Positions 25,194 to 37,267 of a stretch of DNA of 64,000 nucleotides are shown here, piece by piece. The position numbers and the translations under genes were made by a program. Under the pieces are notes generated by a model. It was not told the DNA's origin. It saw nothing but the letters and a program-made list of their open reading frames with translations, and made no database searches. Each line of letters begins with the position of its first letter. The first letter of the stretch is position 1. Source of the DNA: Syncephalis fuscata S228 (taxonomy: Eukaryota > Fungi > Zoopagomycota); assembly GCA_025786725.1 (NCBI GenBank), contig JAHLTZ010000024.1:379509-443508 (forward strand), read 5' to 3'.

Positions 25194-25765
25194 CGTGAGC
25201 TGTAGAGCCTGTCAGTCAATATTTATAAAGATGCGAGTTGGATTAGTTAGCTCTAAGATAATATGTGAATTATGATAACGATCTCATTTGACATCAAAAT
25301 TATTTATTACCACCGAACATGTTGTTAGCAATGTACTGGAGTAACACTACGTATTTTAGAAGACAAAGGACGATTACTGGCTTAACTGAATAACCAAGTT
25401 GTTTTATTGAATTTAGAGCAATCATTTATACAATTGATACAAGTATTCTGAATTGCTTAATAATTGCCAAGTAATCATTCAAGTCCGATATTTTGAACTG
25501 ACCTATCCTGCAGTATAGTAAATAGTAAAAAGCCAAGAATGGCAACAGCACAATAACAATAGCTATTTATTTATAGAAACAAAGAACGGTTATAGTAAAA
25601 AAAGTTCAAAGGAAAGCTAATTCGTTGTGTATGATGTCATTATTTAGAATAAGCTGAATTCAGCCTTTGCGTTGTTGCTTTTCATTCTCGTTTATATTCG
25701 CTGCATTTCATTTCTATTTCGTTCTATATTTTAGCATTTTATTCTTGTTCTATATAGCTGTATTC

Positions 25766-26443
25766 ATGGTGACTGCATGGACGCGAGATGAGCCAGACGC
25801 AAAAGAGGCACCGTATTATCAGCTTGGCCTAGACAATGATGAACTTTGCATCGCATTAATTATTCTTAGTGCGCTTATTGGCTCACTCCATCTTTGGCGC
25901 TACCAGCGTACAAAGCACATCTACTACATCGTCTTTACATTTGGGCTCGTTGCTTATGCAAGCCATTTTGGATTGGCATTGTCGGGGCGTAGTGGCGTTG
26001 GGGTTGGCGTGGCTGCCACATGGTTTATTATGTCGGCCACAGTACAAATGCTTGTACGCTGGGCTGTTACCATAGATAAACAGCGGCGTCGTATAGGCCA
26101 ATATCTCGTATGGAGTCTCGTTGTGTGTCAGATCGTGTTAACGGCATTTGCATGCATTGCCCTCGCATTCTGGATCAATCGTACCTTTGAATTAATATTG
26201 TTTCAGCTTGGCCATTATGGCCTTATTGCCAGTAGCGGCCTACTTGCCGTCGTAGCCGTTTGGCAGCTGATTCTATCATGGCAAGATAATACAAACTTGC
26301 GACATGCCAGGCAGCGACATGCCATAATACTCTGCGTTATGGCTAGTCTGCAAATTGCCGCTACCATTTCTATGGTTCTATTCTTTCCACTGCTAACCTA
26401 TACAGCCGAATTACTTATTTGTATTATTGCAACAATTGTGTGA
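25766..26443 (+). CDS. Compact ~7-TM membrane protein (RTA1/GPCR-like topology), unknown function
   Basis: ATG at 25766 (MVTAWTRDEP); about seven hydrophobic segments; a possible GTGAGC donor at 26440 makes the 3' end uncertain. Confidence 0.6.
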   Translation: MVTAWTRDEPDAKEAPYYQLGLDNDELCIALIILSALIGSLHLWRYQRTKHIYYIVFTFGLVAYASHFGLALSGRSGVGVGVAATWFIMSATVQMLVRWAVTIDKQRRRIGQYLVWSLVVCQIVLTAFACIALAFWINRTFELILFQLGHYGLIASSGLLAVVAVWQLILSWQDNTNLRHARQRHAIILCVMASLQIAATISMVLFFPLLTYTAELLICIIATIV

Positions 26444-27109
26444 GCATCAATAAATTTCTAGCATTTTTCCACCTATTTGCATTTCATTAATACACACTAA
26501 ATGAGTTGGTTTGGTATATCATATAATATACATCAATAAACCGGATTAAGCACTGGCCACAAGGCTTGAATTGTATCCAACCACTGTTAACCAACTAAAT
26601 ACGCAGATTACTATTGGATAATACAATTTCATATTTTGTTTGAGCGATTAGTCATTTTTCATGAATTATTGGGTCCATATGTGTATTCATACTTCGCCTC
26701 GCCTTGATGCGATAAACTGGTAGCACGGCGCCGAACATGGTGCCACAGAACTGACCTGAGTTTTCAGCTTGCCACCCCTTCCCATGTGATGGCGCCGCCC
26801 ATGGATGCTATATCATGTTTCAACATTGCTACTAGACAAAAGACCTGCACCACTTCCTTGTATTTAAACGTCTAACGTCTAAGTCCATATTTTTGTTGCA
26901 CTCCTTTGTCGCGTTTCTGGTTTGTTTTTTATTTCGGTGCTACCACATCCGAGTATTCTATCTTATCTATGCTTTCATGAACATCACACCAACAACGCTT
27001 GTGTTATCACTGCCTCCCAACGTACATGCCACATGAAAATTAAAAAGAAAATATTAATAGCCATTAATTTATACGCACACTAAACACTTAAGGTGGCAGC
27101 TACGCAACT

Positions 27110-28835
27110 ATGGCATCGATGCCGTCGTCGTCGTCGCTACCATCTTCTACAGCTACTATTGCACACACATCAGAAAGCCATGTGCCATATTTGCTTTCTT
27201 TAAAAGTATTTATTTTTATACTGGTAGGATACAGTCTGATACTATTGTCTACATCGGCCGTTTTCATACACTACCGCAATTATCCAGCCATCAAACATCG
27301 TTGTCCCCGGATGACGGTAGGATGTACAATTGCCAATATGCTACTGTTTGCGTGGGCGCTTTTTCATCATATGGAGGTTGAGCGTATCCATTGCTCAGTT
27401 CAGCTCTGGCTTCTTTCAATTGGATTTCCGCTATGGGTGCTAAGTCTGGCGGGCCGACTAATGCACATGGTTTCAGTATGTGAAACAACCAACGATATTA
27501 GCGATGCGGATTTGGACGGTTCAAGCGAACTGCCTGATCTAAGCAATTATAAAAAAAAAAGTCATTGGTTCGTTCTTGGTTGGTCGTTCAAAGATCTACC
27601 GTTTCAACGGCTTTGGAGTGGTCCAAAATTGGAACAAACAACAAATGGAACATTTTATCGTATGTATTCACCAACGAAAAAAACATTTGATAATGACAGT
27701 ACGACAGATTTGCGAGAAGCACTAGTCAGCAGTCAGATGAAATAGCTGCAGATAGTAAAAGTGTTCAAAGCACTGAGCATGCTATAAAGAAGATAGGCTT
27801 ACCTGACAATATTGATGGGCCACCATCACTTCGATCACGCTCATGCACTCTGTTGTCGATGTCGATGGCTCCACCTCGTTCATTTTGGAGTAGCTATCGC
27901 TCAGCATTTCTCGATAGTCAAATGGTAGTGCCAGTTCTATGCATTGTTGCCGTCCATGCCACCATTGCTTTAACGCTGCAGCTTTGTAATTCCTATCCTG
28001 TTGTTTCTTTATATGACATTGATGACGGGGGCCAACACGCTTACTGCGGAGAATATACGCCACTGACCTACGTAGTTATTGGCTATATTATAGTGCTATT
28101 CCCCGCTCCTATCTATAAGCTGTTTACACTACGCGATCAGTATCATGTATCTACTAGTTTATTTGTTGCTTGTATTTCCTGCATGTTGCTTCTTGCAATA
28201 TTGTTATTGTTCTTACTACAGCTCATCAACCTACCGCTCAGCTCTGGTGGCTAGGTACTGTTTATCTTGTATCACTTCCCGTTGGTCATTTCTTTCTAGT
28301 GTGCCATGTATCGCTACGAGCCTATCGTGAACTGCAGTGTGGTGGTCGTTGGCTCCCTGCTCATGTACACACGCGCAGCGCCTTTGAGGTATTGCTAGCG
28401 GATCCACAAATGCTACGACAATTTTATCGCTTTGCCTCTAAAGATTTTTGTGCAGAAAACGTTTTATTCTGTAGCCGTTTGCAAGTAGCACGTTATGTTG
28501 CCGAAGCAGATAGACGCAAAGAAGAATTACGGGAAATATTCAATTTATTTATTCTTCCAGGATCACGCTACGAAGTCAATATAAACTGTAATACACAACG
28601 AGCGCTAATCAAGGCGTTTTCGGGAGAACGCGACACACATGGTCGTATAATCCAACATCCCGAGGCTCCTATCGTCGATGTAGCAGTATTCGACGATGCA
28701 CGCGAAGAAGTAATGACCCTTATGTATCAAAATACTTATCCTCGATACCTAGAATGGCAAGTGAAAGGGATAGACCAAAAACTGAATAACGCCAATTCAT
28801 CGTCTAGTTTCATGTTTCAACATCATTATTTATAA
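27110..28835 (+). CDS. Multi-TM receptor fused to a C-terminal RGS domain (7TM-RGS, GprK-like)
   Basis: RGS motifs FEVLLADP..LRQFYRFASKDFCAENVLF, IFNLFILPGSRYEVNI and VFDDAREEVMTLMYQNTYPRYL; N-terminal TM helices; three ORF pieces joined by two frameshifts. Confidence 0.85.
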
Positions 28836-29351
28836 GCATTAAATATTTATTGTATCTTATTAATAGATTTGTATGCAATGTGCTTTTGTTAAATTGTGCA
28901 GCTTACCATATAGCTTAATGAGTGGAATAAATAAAGTAACTTGAAATTTATTACTAATAGCGCTGAGAGTAACCAATATACAATCAATAATGATTAGTTT
29001 AATGGGTGATTCTATTCGCCACCCATCTCTATGTTTACTAGAATAAACATTAGCAATATTCATGCAATCAAATTGAGTATGGTTATTTGATTCTTAAATC
29101 ATAATCTAATTTAATGGTTTGATCATTAATCATCACATGGCCCATACTTGATAGAATAAACGGGCGCGTGCTTTAATAATTTGATGCATTAGCTGGTCAC
29201 TTGACCTACTAGCATACTTAATGATTAATAATACAAGTCACGCTAGTAATTATGTGTATAATTATGGTAGATGCGAATAAAAATGCCATCTGTTATTCTG
29301 GTATTAGTGCGTATTCATCAATCAGCCAACCATTCACAATAGCCATTATCC

Positions 29352-29741
29352 ATGGATTATTCCAATTCACCACCAATATTGGACCATATGAATCACAACT
29401 ACATTTTAGTTCAATTGGATAACAGCCACAATAATCAAGATAACAATGATGCTTACAATAGCATTGTTAAAAGCTGCTTCGATACATTGTCAAATTTAAA
29501 CATTGCCTTCCGTGACTTGGGCTCTATAAACAATCTAAACCATTGGCGTCTTTTCGAACTAGACAAACACAATACTGCCATTGCTACAACAATAGTGAGT
29601 GAAAACACTAGAAGCAGCGATAAAGCTGAGCCGTGTGTCAATGCCATTCCCACAATGAATGTCACCTGCCAAGCATTGTGTTCACTACCTAGCGTTCTTA
29701 AAGCGGAACAAATGCTACCGTCACAGTCTCACCGACATTAG
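29352..29741 (+). CDS. Stand-alone kexin/furin-type S8 pro-domain-like protein (129 aa)
   Basis: FRDLGSINNLNHWRLF and LCSLPSVLKAEQ resemble the proprotein-convertase pro-domain patterns F.nLGqI..L..yy.F and L...P.V.wAEQ; no catalytic domain follows; no signal peptide. Confidence 0.55.
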   Translation: MDYSNSPPILDHMNHNYILVQLDNSHNNQDNNDAYNSIVKSCFDTLSNLNIAFRDLGSINNLNHWRLFELDKHNTAIATTIVSENTRSSDKAEPCVNAIPTMNVTCQALCSLPSVLKAEQMLPSQSHRH

Positions 29742-30268
29742 CATTACACAAGTGACAAAACGCTAAGTAGAGGCCATAAGGTAGCATGACAATTGTTTGG
29801 TTCATTCGTTCACATGGCTCCATGTGAATCTGACGGTAGTAATATTATCCATACGAACGCGCATTAGGCTGAAACGATTCATTAGTTAAAAACTAAATAT
29901 ACTTGGGCGATTGTACTTAAATATAGTGCTGTTTGTTCTGCTTATGCATCTTTGTTGGCTTTTACTCGTTTGTTTAAACAATTGTGTGCAAAAATAACCA
30001 GATAAATAAGTAGTCGTTGTATGATATCAACAATGCTGTTGCACAAGAAAACCGGTGTGCCACTAAATCCGACGTGATGCAGCGGCCTTTCCCTCTGTGT
30101 ATTGCCATGAGCACGGTCGCGTGCTATAAAAGTATGCACATATCCTTGTTTTGGCGTGGTCGTATTATAACTCCCATCTTATTCAATTATTCATCAATCG
30201 ATATGACTCGTGCACGACTTTGTAAAAACTCAAAGATAGCTCGAAATTATTTTACTACTCTTTTTACA

Positions 30269-31830
30269 ATGTTGGTATCAGTTATTATTAATTTTGTACT
30301 TATTACTGGGCTTATTGGCCATGGTGCAGATGTTACTGCACAGCAACTGCCAGCTCCTTCAGCAGAAATAGCGCGGAATATCACAGCGCTTATTAATACA
30401 ACGTTAACAGCACATCCAGAACTTAAACAATTGGCTGGCCCTGCTCGAGAACGTATTATCACGTTTAAAGAGCGACCGGGGGCATCAGATCTCGAGAAAT
30501 TTGGTATTGGTTTATTAAAGCTGCCAGAAATGAATATGGTAGTCGGCATGATTCCCGATATCGTCGTTGAACAGCTTGAGAAGCTTGGTATTGTGGATAG
30601 TGTTGCTGAAAGCAAAGAAGTCCGAACCTGGGACGTAGAACAAAAATCGATTACAATGCAGCCGATTACTGCACAATGGGTAGGTAGCTGATGTAGTAAT
30701 AGTAGTTTAAGCAACAGTAATACTAATATAATTTGGTAAAGGGACTTGATCGGATTGATCAAAGAATCTACCGCTTAATAATCGTTTTGACTATCCATCG
30801 TCGGCTGGAGAAAATGTCGATATCTATGTATTGGACACAGGTATCGATGTTTCTAATGCAGAGTTTGGAGGCCGGGCGCGATGGGGTGGCACATTTATGG
30901 AAGGGAAAGAAATCACTGAAATTGACGAAGCTGGGCATGGCACAATGGTTGCCAGTTTAATTGGTGGTCGTAGCTTGGGCGTGGCCAAGGCGGCAAATAT
31001 CATTGCTGTTAAAATTCTTAATGAAAAAGGCAGAGGTACAACGGCCGATACGCTGCGGCACTAAGCTGGGTCTGGGCCCAATACGACAGTAAAAAGTCAC
31101 CTAGGGGAAAACCATTGTTAAGTAAGTATTATTGTCATCAATCGGCTATATATATATATACATATAGCTGTAGATATTTACATTACTGCAAATAGCATGT
31201 CCATTGGTAGCAACTACGATAAAGCACTCAATAATGTTGTGGTCGGGCTTATTAAAAAAGGCATTACAGTTATAGTAAGTAATCAATAATTACAACAATA
31301 GTATACTAATAGCTAATATTTATTATAATTAGGCGGCAGCGGGCAATGGTGATCAGGAAGGTCAAGCCGAGGATAGTTGCTTCTTTTCTCCTGGTTCAAC
31401 AGAAGGTGTTATTACCGTTGGCGCCACTGATATAGTCGATAGAGCGGCAAACTTTTCGAATTTTGGCCGATGTGTGAATATTAATGCACCAGGTGTAGAT
31501 GTACTGGCTCGTCAGGCAGCGTCAAACTTGAGCGTGACAACTTCTGGCACATCATTTGCAGCACCAATAGTCTCCGGAGTCGTTGCATTGATGATGGCGG
31601 AGGCGGGCCCGTTGACTCCGGACGAGGTGACTAGACGGCTGCTTAACGGTGCAACACAAGATAGAATCAGCTCTCTGGGCCCAGATACGCCTAATCGATT
31701 GCTATATAGCAATTTAGACTATAGCCCGTATCAAGGCGCTAACAGTGCAACCAAAACTATTAGAGCATATCCGCTTGGCGAACAAATATCACTTTTGCTT
31801 TGTTCGTATCATTTTTATCTTTTTATGTAA
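30269..31830 (+). CDS. Secreted subtilisin, S8A proteinase-K family (multi-exon), possible GPI-type tail
   Basis: Signal peptide, I9-like prodomain, W|GLDRIDQR, catalytic LDTG, GHGTMVAS, AAGNG and SGTSFAAP; hydrophobic C-terminus; frameshifts near 30767 and 31057. Confidence 0.92.
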
Positions 31831-32484
31831 TTATTTAACAATAGCACCCATTAACATATATATATATAAATAAAAATAAACTGCACACAAATTTATCAAT
31901 GCAATAGTATAGCATGGTAAATTGCTGATATAAAATTATGATCACAGTTATGACAACTACGCTGATATTTGTGGAGAAAAACATTTAAACAACAATATTA
32001 AAGCCTTTTAAAACTTGGAACTTACTCTAATAAAAACCAAACGCTTTTTAACAACACAGCATATGCCAGCTACAACAGCAGAATTAGACAAACAGCAGCG
32101 GAAAGCCAGTACCGCCATAATAGTAAAAAAAACGACAGGATTATGTTTTGACCCAACATAATGATATAAACCATTGAATTCGAAAGATTATGAAGCTACT
32201 TATACAGGTAACCTATGTATTTCTTACATCCATTGATAGCAAACTTTTCTGAAGCTATCATGTCGTATCATATGGCATAATAATTGTAATATTTATATAA
32301 AAACATTGTAAATAAACTAATGCTACAATTTATTAAACACCTATAAAAAGCAAAAATACATCCATCAATTTCTGCAAGTGTAAAGTTTTAGTGTAAATGG
32401 TACAAGCGACTTGAAATCAATTAAGGCATACTGTAAAACAGCGCTGCAACGACTATGTTACGCTATTTCAATAGATAGCTGTGC

Positions 32485-34683
32485 TTACAAAAGTGCAATT
32501 AGATCATCTAAATCTTGATCGGACCAGCGCTGTAGCGAACGTTCATATAAATCTACGCTGATGGGTGATTTTACTGGCTTTATGCCTATATGAGCTGCTA
32601 TACAATCTGCCGGTAGTCGAGCTGCGCGCCTGGTATGTGAAAGAGGAATAGGTGTAGGAAATTTGTATGGATTTAGCTTTTTTTGATTTAAAGTCATGTT
32701 TAGCATTGCTACTGTTGCTTTTACAGGTGCTGACTCTAAACTTGTAATAACAAATGGTTGCACAGTTATGCCAGTGCTTATATTGGGCCATTGGAGCGAA
32801 GGATTAGGAATACGAGGCAGCGGAAGCTTTGATTTGTTTTCAAGCGAAGCACTGCTACCAGTTGTAAATCCGCTTTCTGTTGCACCTTCAATTCCGGAGT
32901 CTGGACGTGGTGATCCGCTTAGCAAAAACGCCATATCTTGCGGTTTACGATATGATTTATGATTTGGCGATCTACTAATCGCATAAGCCGAGTCATAGCA
33001 AACTGCCCGCTCATATAACGGCCTCGTATTTGCCGTCGACGGAAGACGCTGAGCTGATTGTGATGGCTGCGATTGTGGCGTCGGCTGCGGCTGCTGGTTA
33101 TTCGGTTTGGATGTTGGCGTGCCTGCAAGTCCCCAATAATACTTTGATGGCCGTCATCTGTGTCGTCGTCTTTTTTTGTCCGATTTTTGGTATTGCCCTC
33201 AACTTTTGATAATAGAGTTGCATCTAGTGGACTGGTGTCATATTCTGTAAGATAGATTCGTCCATTGCGATGCACCAATAAAAAATGATAGACCCAATAA
33301 CGTAAAAATGTTCGTACCAACCATCGCAAAGGAAAAATAATGCATTAAACAAAGAAGCTATTTTATCCTTGTTATTCTGCGGAATATAGTTTCTATTGGC
33401 TTGAGTAGGCCGTTCGTAAGTACCGAATGCGTCATCATCCTTGTTTTCTTGCAAGTCCAGATAATAACGTTTAATAAGTTCCAGCCTTACGTGATACCAT
33501 CCGGTGCGTACAGTAGGATCCAATAGAAACACCAAGGCATTCAATGAACCTTGACAAGCTGTAGCGATAAAAGAAGCTGCAATAAGTGGAAATGAAATGT
33601 GCTGCGATACAAAAGAGTCCATTTCTACAGCAACATTAAGTGACTGAGTAAGAACCGGTATAATTGGATAAAGAATTACGCGTGCAACAACCCGGCTAAT
33701 AACTTGTGCAGAAGGTGGTGATACTGTTCCTATCGACGAGTTATGGTGGTTGATGCCCAGGCCTACTCCTTGGTGGCTTGGCAGTCCATTTCGTACTCGT
33801 TGTCTTAATCGCTTTCTTTCCATTGCTAGACGCCAACCAACCACGGAAACAGCCCAGGCACAATAGCCAATACTTACAAATAGCCAGATGTAAAGTGTAA
33901 ACCAAGCCCACGTTAATCCCGATGACTTATTAACATCAATATACCAACAACTTCGCTGATTACTTTTTGTGAATTAGTTGATGATTTATGGATAAATACG
34001 CTGTACGGCACTACTTACGGATCATAGCCAAATTTTTGGAAAATAACCGGCGGCAAGGAAATAATCAATGCGGCAGCCATTGGTATTAAAAGATACAGCA
34101 CTTCGTAGGCCGGTGTTGTGCGATGACCACGAAGAAAAATGATGTGAAGATTTAGTGCCACTGCACTTGTTAGAAACACTGACAAAAGTGTACAGTGAAC
34201 GTAGCCCCATGCCGCAAACGTACACCAAAAGGGCTGTGCTGCAGGGTCTTGCAAAAATGTATCCAATAGCTGAAATAACGCGTAAAACGCGTCTACTGCT
34301 GCTAGCAATACTGTAAGTCTTAAAGAGACACGATTGGCATATGCCGGCCTGTAGTGCCGTGCAAACAAGTAGGCAAATACCACACATAAGCTTAGTATAA
34401 GGGAAGCGGTGTTAAGAGGTACAGCGATATAGGACACTATACGCGCCTGAGCTTGAGTAATGCCACGTTCTTCGGTGGTGATTAAAGCATCGTCTGTAGA
34501 TGTAGCCGTAGAAATAGGTTGGACATCAGATTCAGTGTCGTTTGAAAGTGCCATGTGACCGCTCACCATAAATACCGATTGAGCAGTAGGTGGCGCATAG
34601 ACATTTATAGCAGAAATAGTAAACGTAGAGGCTGAAATAAATGCCAAAATAAAGGCAATTGTGATGGAATTTGTTATAAACAT
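32485..34683 (-). CDS. GPCR, cAMP-receptor-like/Git3-like, with signal peptide
   Basis: 7 TM helices with RVSLRLT, FWCTFAAWGY, ALNLH, FGYDP|..SCWY, RVILYPIIPVLTQ and QGSLNALVFLLDP; intron ~33962-34018; frameshifts in the C-tail. Confidence 0.85.
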
Positions 34684-37267
34684 GCTGGTGTACCACTTAC
34701 ATCAACAACAATTGACGTGGTGTTAGTGTGGTGCTTTTGCTTTGGCTTAAAGCTTCAGCCGACAATACGGCCACAGGCCTTTAACTAAAATCTATTGACT
34801 AGGTAATTAGAGTCACTATGCTATCAATAGACGTATGATATTTGCTATGATAATTAATAAAATGCAAATATGGCGATAGACCGAGTAATGCCTTAAAGCT
34901 GATGGTAAACGGCTAGGTATACTCTAACCAAGCTGAACAGAATGGCAAAGATGGTATTACACTGGTCAATAAAGGTAAGCCAATGCAATAGTATCAGGAA
35001 CAAATAAAAACAATTAGCTGATGATTGTGGGCTAATGAACACTTTGTCAAGTATGAGCGGTAAATTTGTGTGGTCGTTACTTGCTACTATGAAAACCAGG
35101 GGAAAATAGTCGAGATAATCAGGGGAGTGCGTACACATCAAGGAGATATACACGTGTACCTAGAATGGCAACTCAAGGAAAGGGGCAGCAAGCGCTATTA
35201 GTCTGGAAAGACCGCACGCAGCACAATATCTAAAAAGCAATAAAGTTTCTTTTGCTTATAATATTATTTTGGCAATTTTTAATTACTTTTGATGGGATAC
35301 GAGTGAAAATAGTTGTGCTAAGAATTTGAAATGCTGGCAAAGAAAAGACTAAGTTTAAAATGCACCCTGCAAGTATAAACTTGATGTAAATAGTGAATGG
35401 TTCTAGAATGGCGCGAATTGGTTTAGAAACGGTAAGCAAACGACAGGAATTAGAAAGCAGGCTATAATTGCAACTCTAAAATCAAATGCTTAAACAGGAA
35501 AAGGTAAATTATGTTATTAAGCTGAGCCACCGATCATTTGTAGTGCATCAGCCTTGGACCGCGCAATGATGTTCATTCCCAGATTTCTAATCTGCTGTGC
35601 CAATCCCCACCTAAAAGTCTATTATGCAAACGATGCATAGTCTTTGCGCGGAAAGTAATTAACTTTATGTTTGTTGCAACTGGTTCGGTGTGCAGATCAC
35701 CCAGTCTGTTTAAATGCTGTCGATCTAAAAAAGTACATAAACGTACCAATAGGAACTGCCCCCCCTTTTGCTTCTGGATCATCGTTAGTGTGTGAGTGAT
35801 AATATGCTAATAGTCAAGGTGCTATTACATTTAATGCAAGGATCAACATAACACGAATCGCCGGGTTGTTTAAGGTAGCGGCAAAAACCATTTAAACCAT
35901 ATTACCAGCAACTTAAATGTTGGTTCAATATGATACAACACTACTCGGCTATTCAATATGTTCCAAGCGCTATTTTTGCACAAAACTATCAAACTTTAAT
36001 GTATAGTGCTTAATAAAATTATTTGTTTAACACCCAATAAATAAGTAATATAATCTACATACATGCTATAAATTAATTATGCACGTTTTTCTGTCAATGC
36101 ACCAAAGTATTTAAATACGATTTTATGCTAGCACTTTTATTTTTACCACGTATAAGTAACACAATTCATTAGATTAACATTTGTTTTATTTATTCTATTT
36201 AAATGAGCATTTCCGATTTTAGTAATTATGTAATTAATTATAACAAACAAATTACTATTCACGTGTCAATTCACAATTCCATAAACTTTAATTTACTATT
36301 GTTATTTGATATTAATTAATAAAACAGATTTTGCTATTTCCCGCCCATCTTTTAATTTTGTATAAGGTTAAATAGCGTGGCACATCGTCGGCGATATTGC
36401 GTGCACGCTCGGCATTTTAAAAATCGCCATTGTATTTACAATTTGCACGGCAATACGGGGCTCTTTGTGATTTACCAATGTACATTTTGCAGCTCATATC
36501 GCTCTTCATATCACTATGAAAATGGCTCGTGTTTGATCATATGATGATGTTGTAACGTGAATTCTGCAATAAACAATGACTGCAAACTTGTTTAATCTTT
36601 GCTTGTTTTCTATGCCAACTCGTTGAGTCAGTAACAACGCTCAAACCACTTGGCATCGGCTGGATGTTTAAGCATTTCATTTATACTTGTTAATTTTTTT
36701 ATTAAGAGCCTGGTCTTTGTAAACAGCATATTACTATTCTTCTTTTTATTATCGGCTGCCTTGGTAAGCCCCTTGATTCCCGTCTTCAGCTTAAAAATCC
36801 TAGCACGCATCAAACAGCGCACACACACACGTGCCTCCCTTTCTGCTCTTGTGTATAATAGCCTATCTACACATCCGGGTGATTGTTTATGATATCAGTT
36901 AGTGTTGCATTTGGTAGGCACAGTTTTCAGTCTACTGCATTGCAAAATATCCCATTTTAATAATCAAAACCAATCGCTTAAAATAATCTTTTATAAAATA
37001 CAACGACATACAACTCACATACCCTGCAGTCGCCCCTGGCCTTTGACTGTCACGGCTCTCCTTTAGTATATCCAACGTAATCGGCGTTGGTCCCTTTCCA
37101 TTTTCTGTCTAATTCTACTGCGGCTGACGTAGTTTCTTCTTCGCCATCAATTTGCCAGCACTTAACAGAGCCAGTTTGAGGCAATATTTATCCTTGTTGT
37201 TAGATTTTGCAGGCAAACCATTGCAGCACTTGCTGTTTGTTAATGTACTGATTATCAACGGTAAAAT

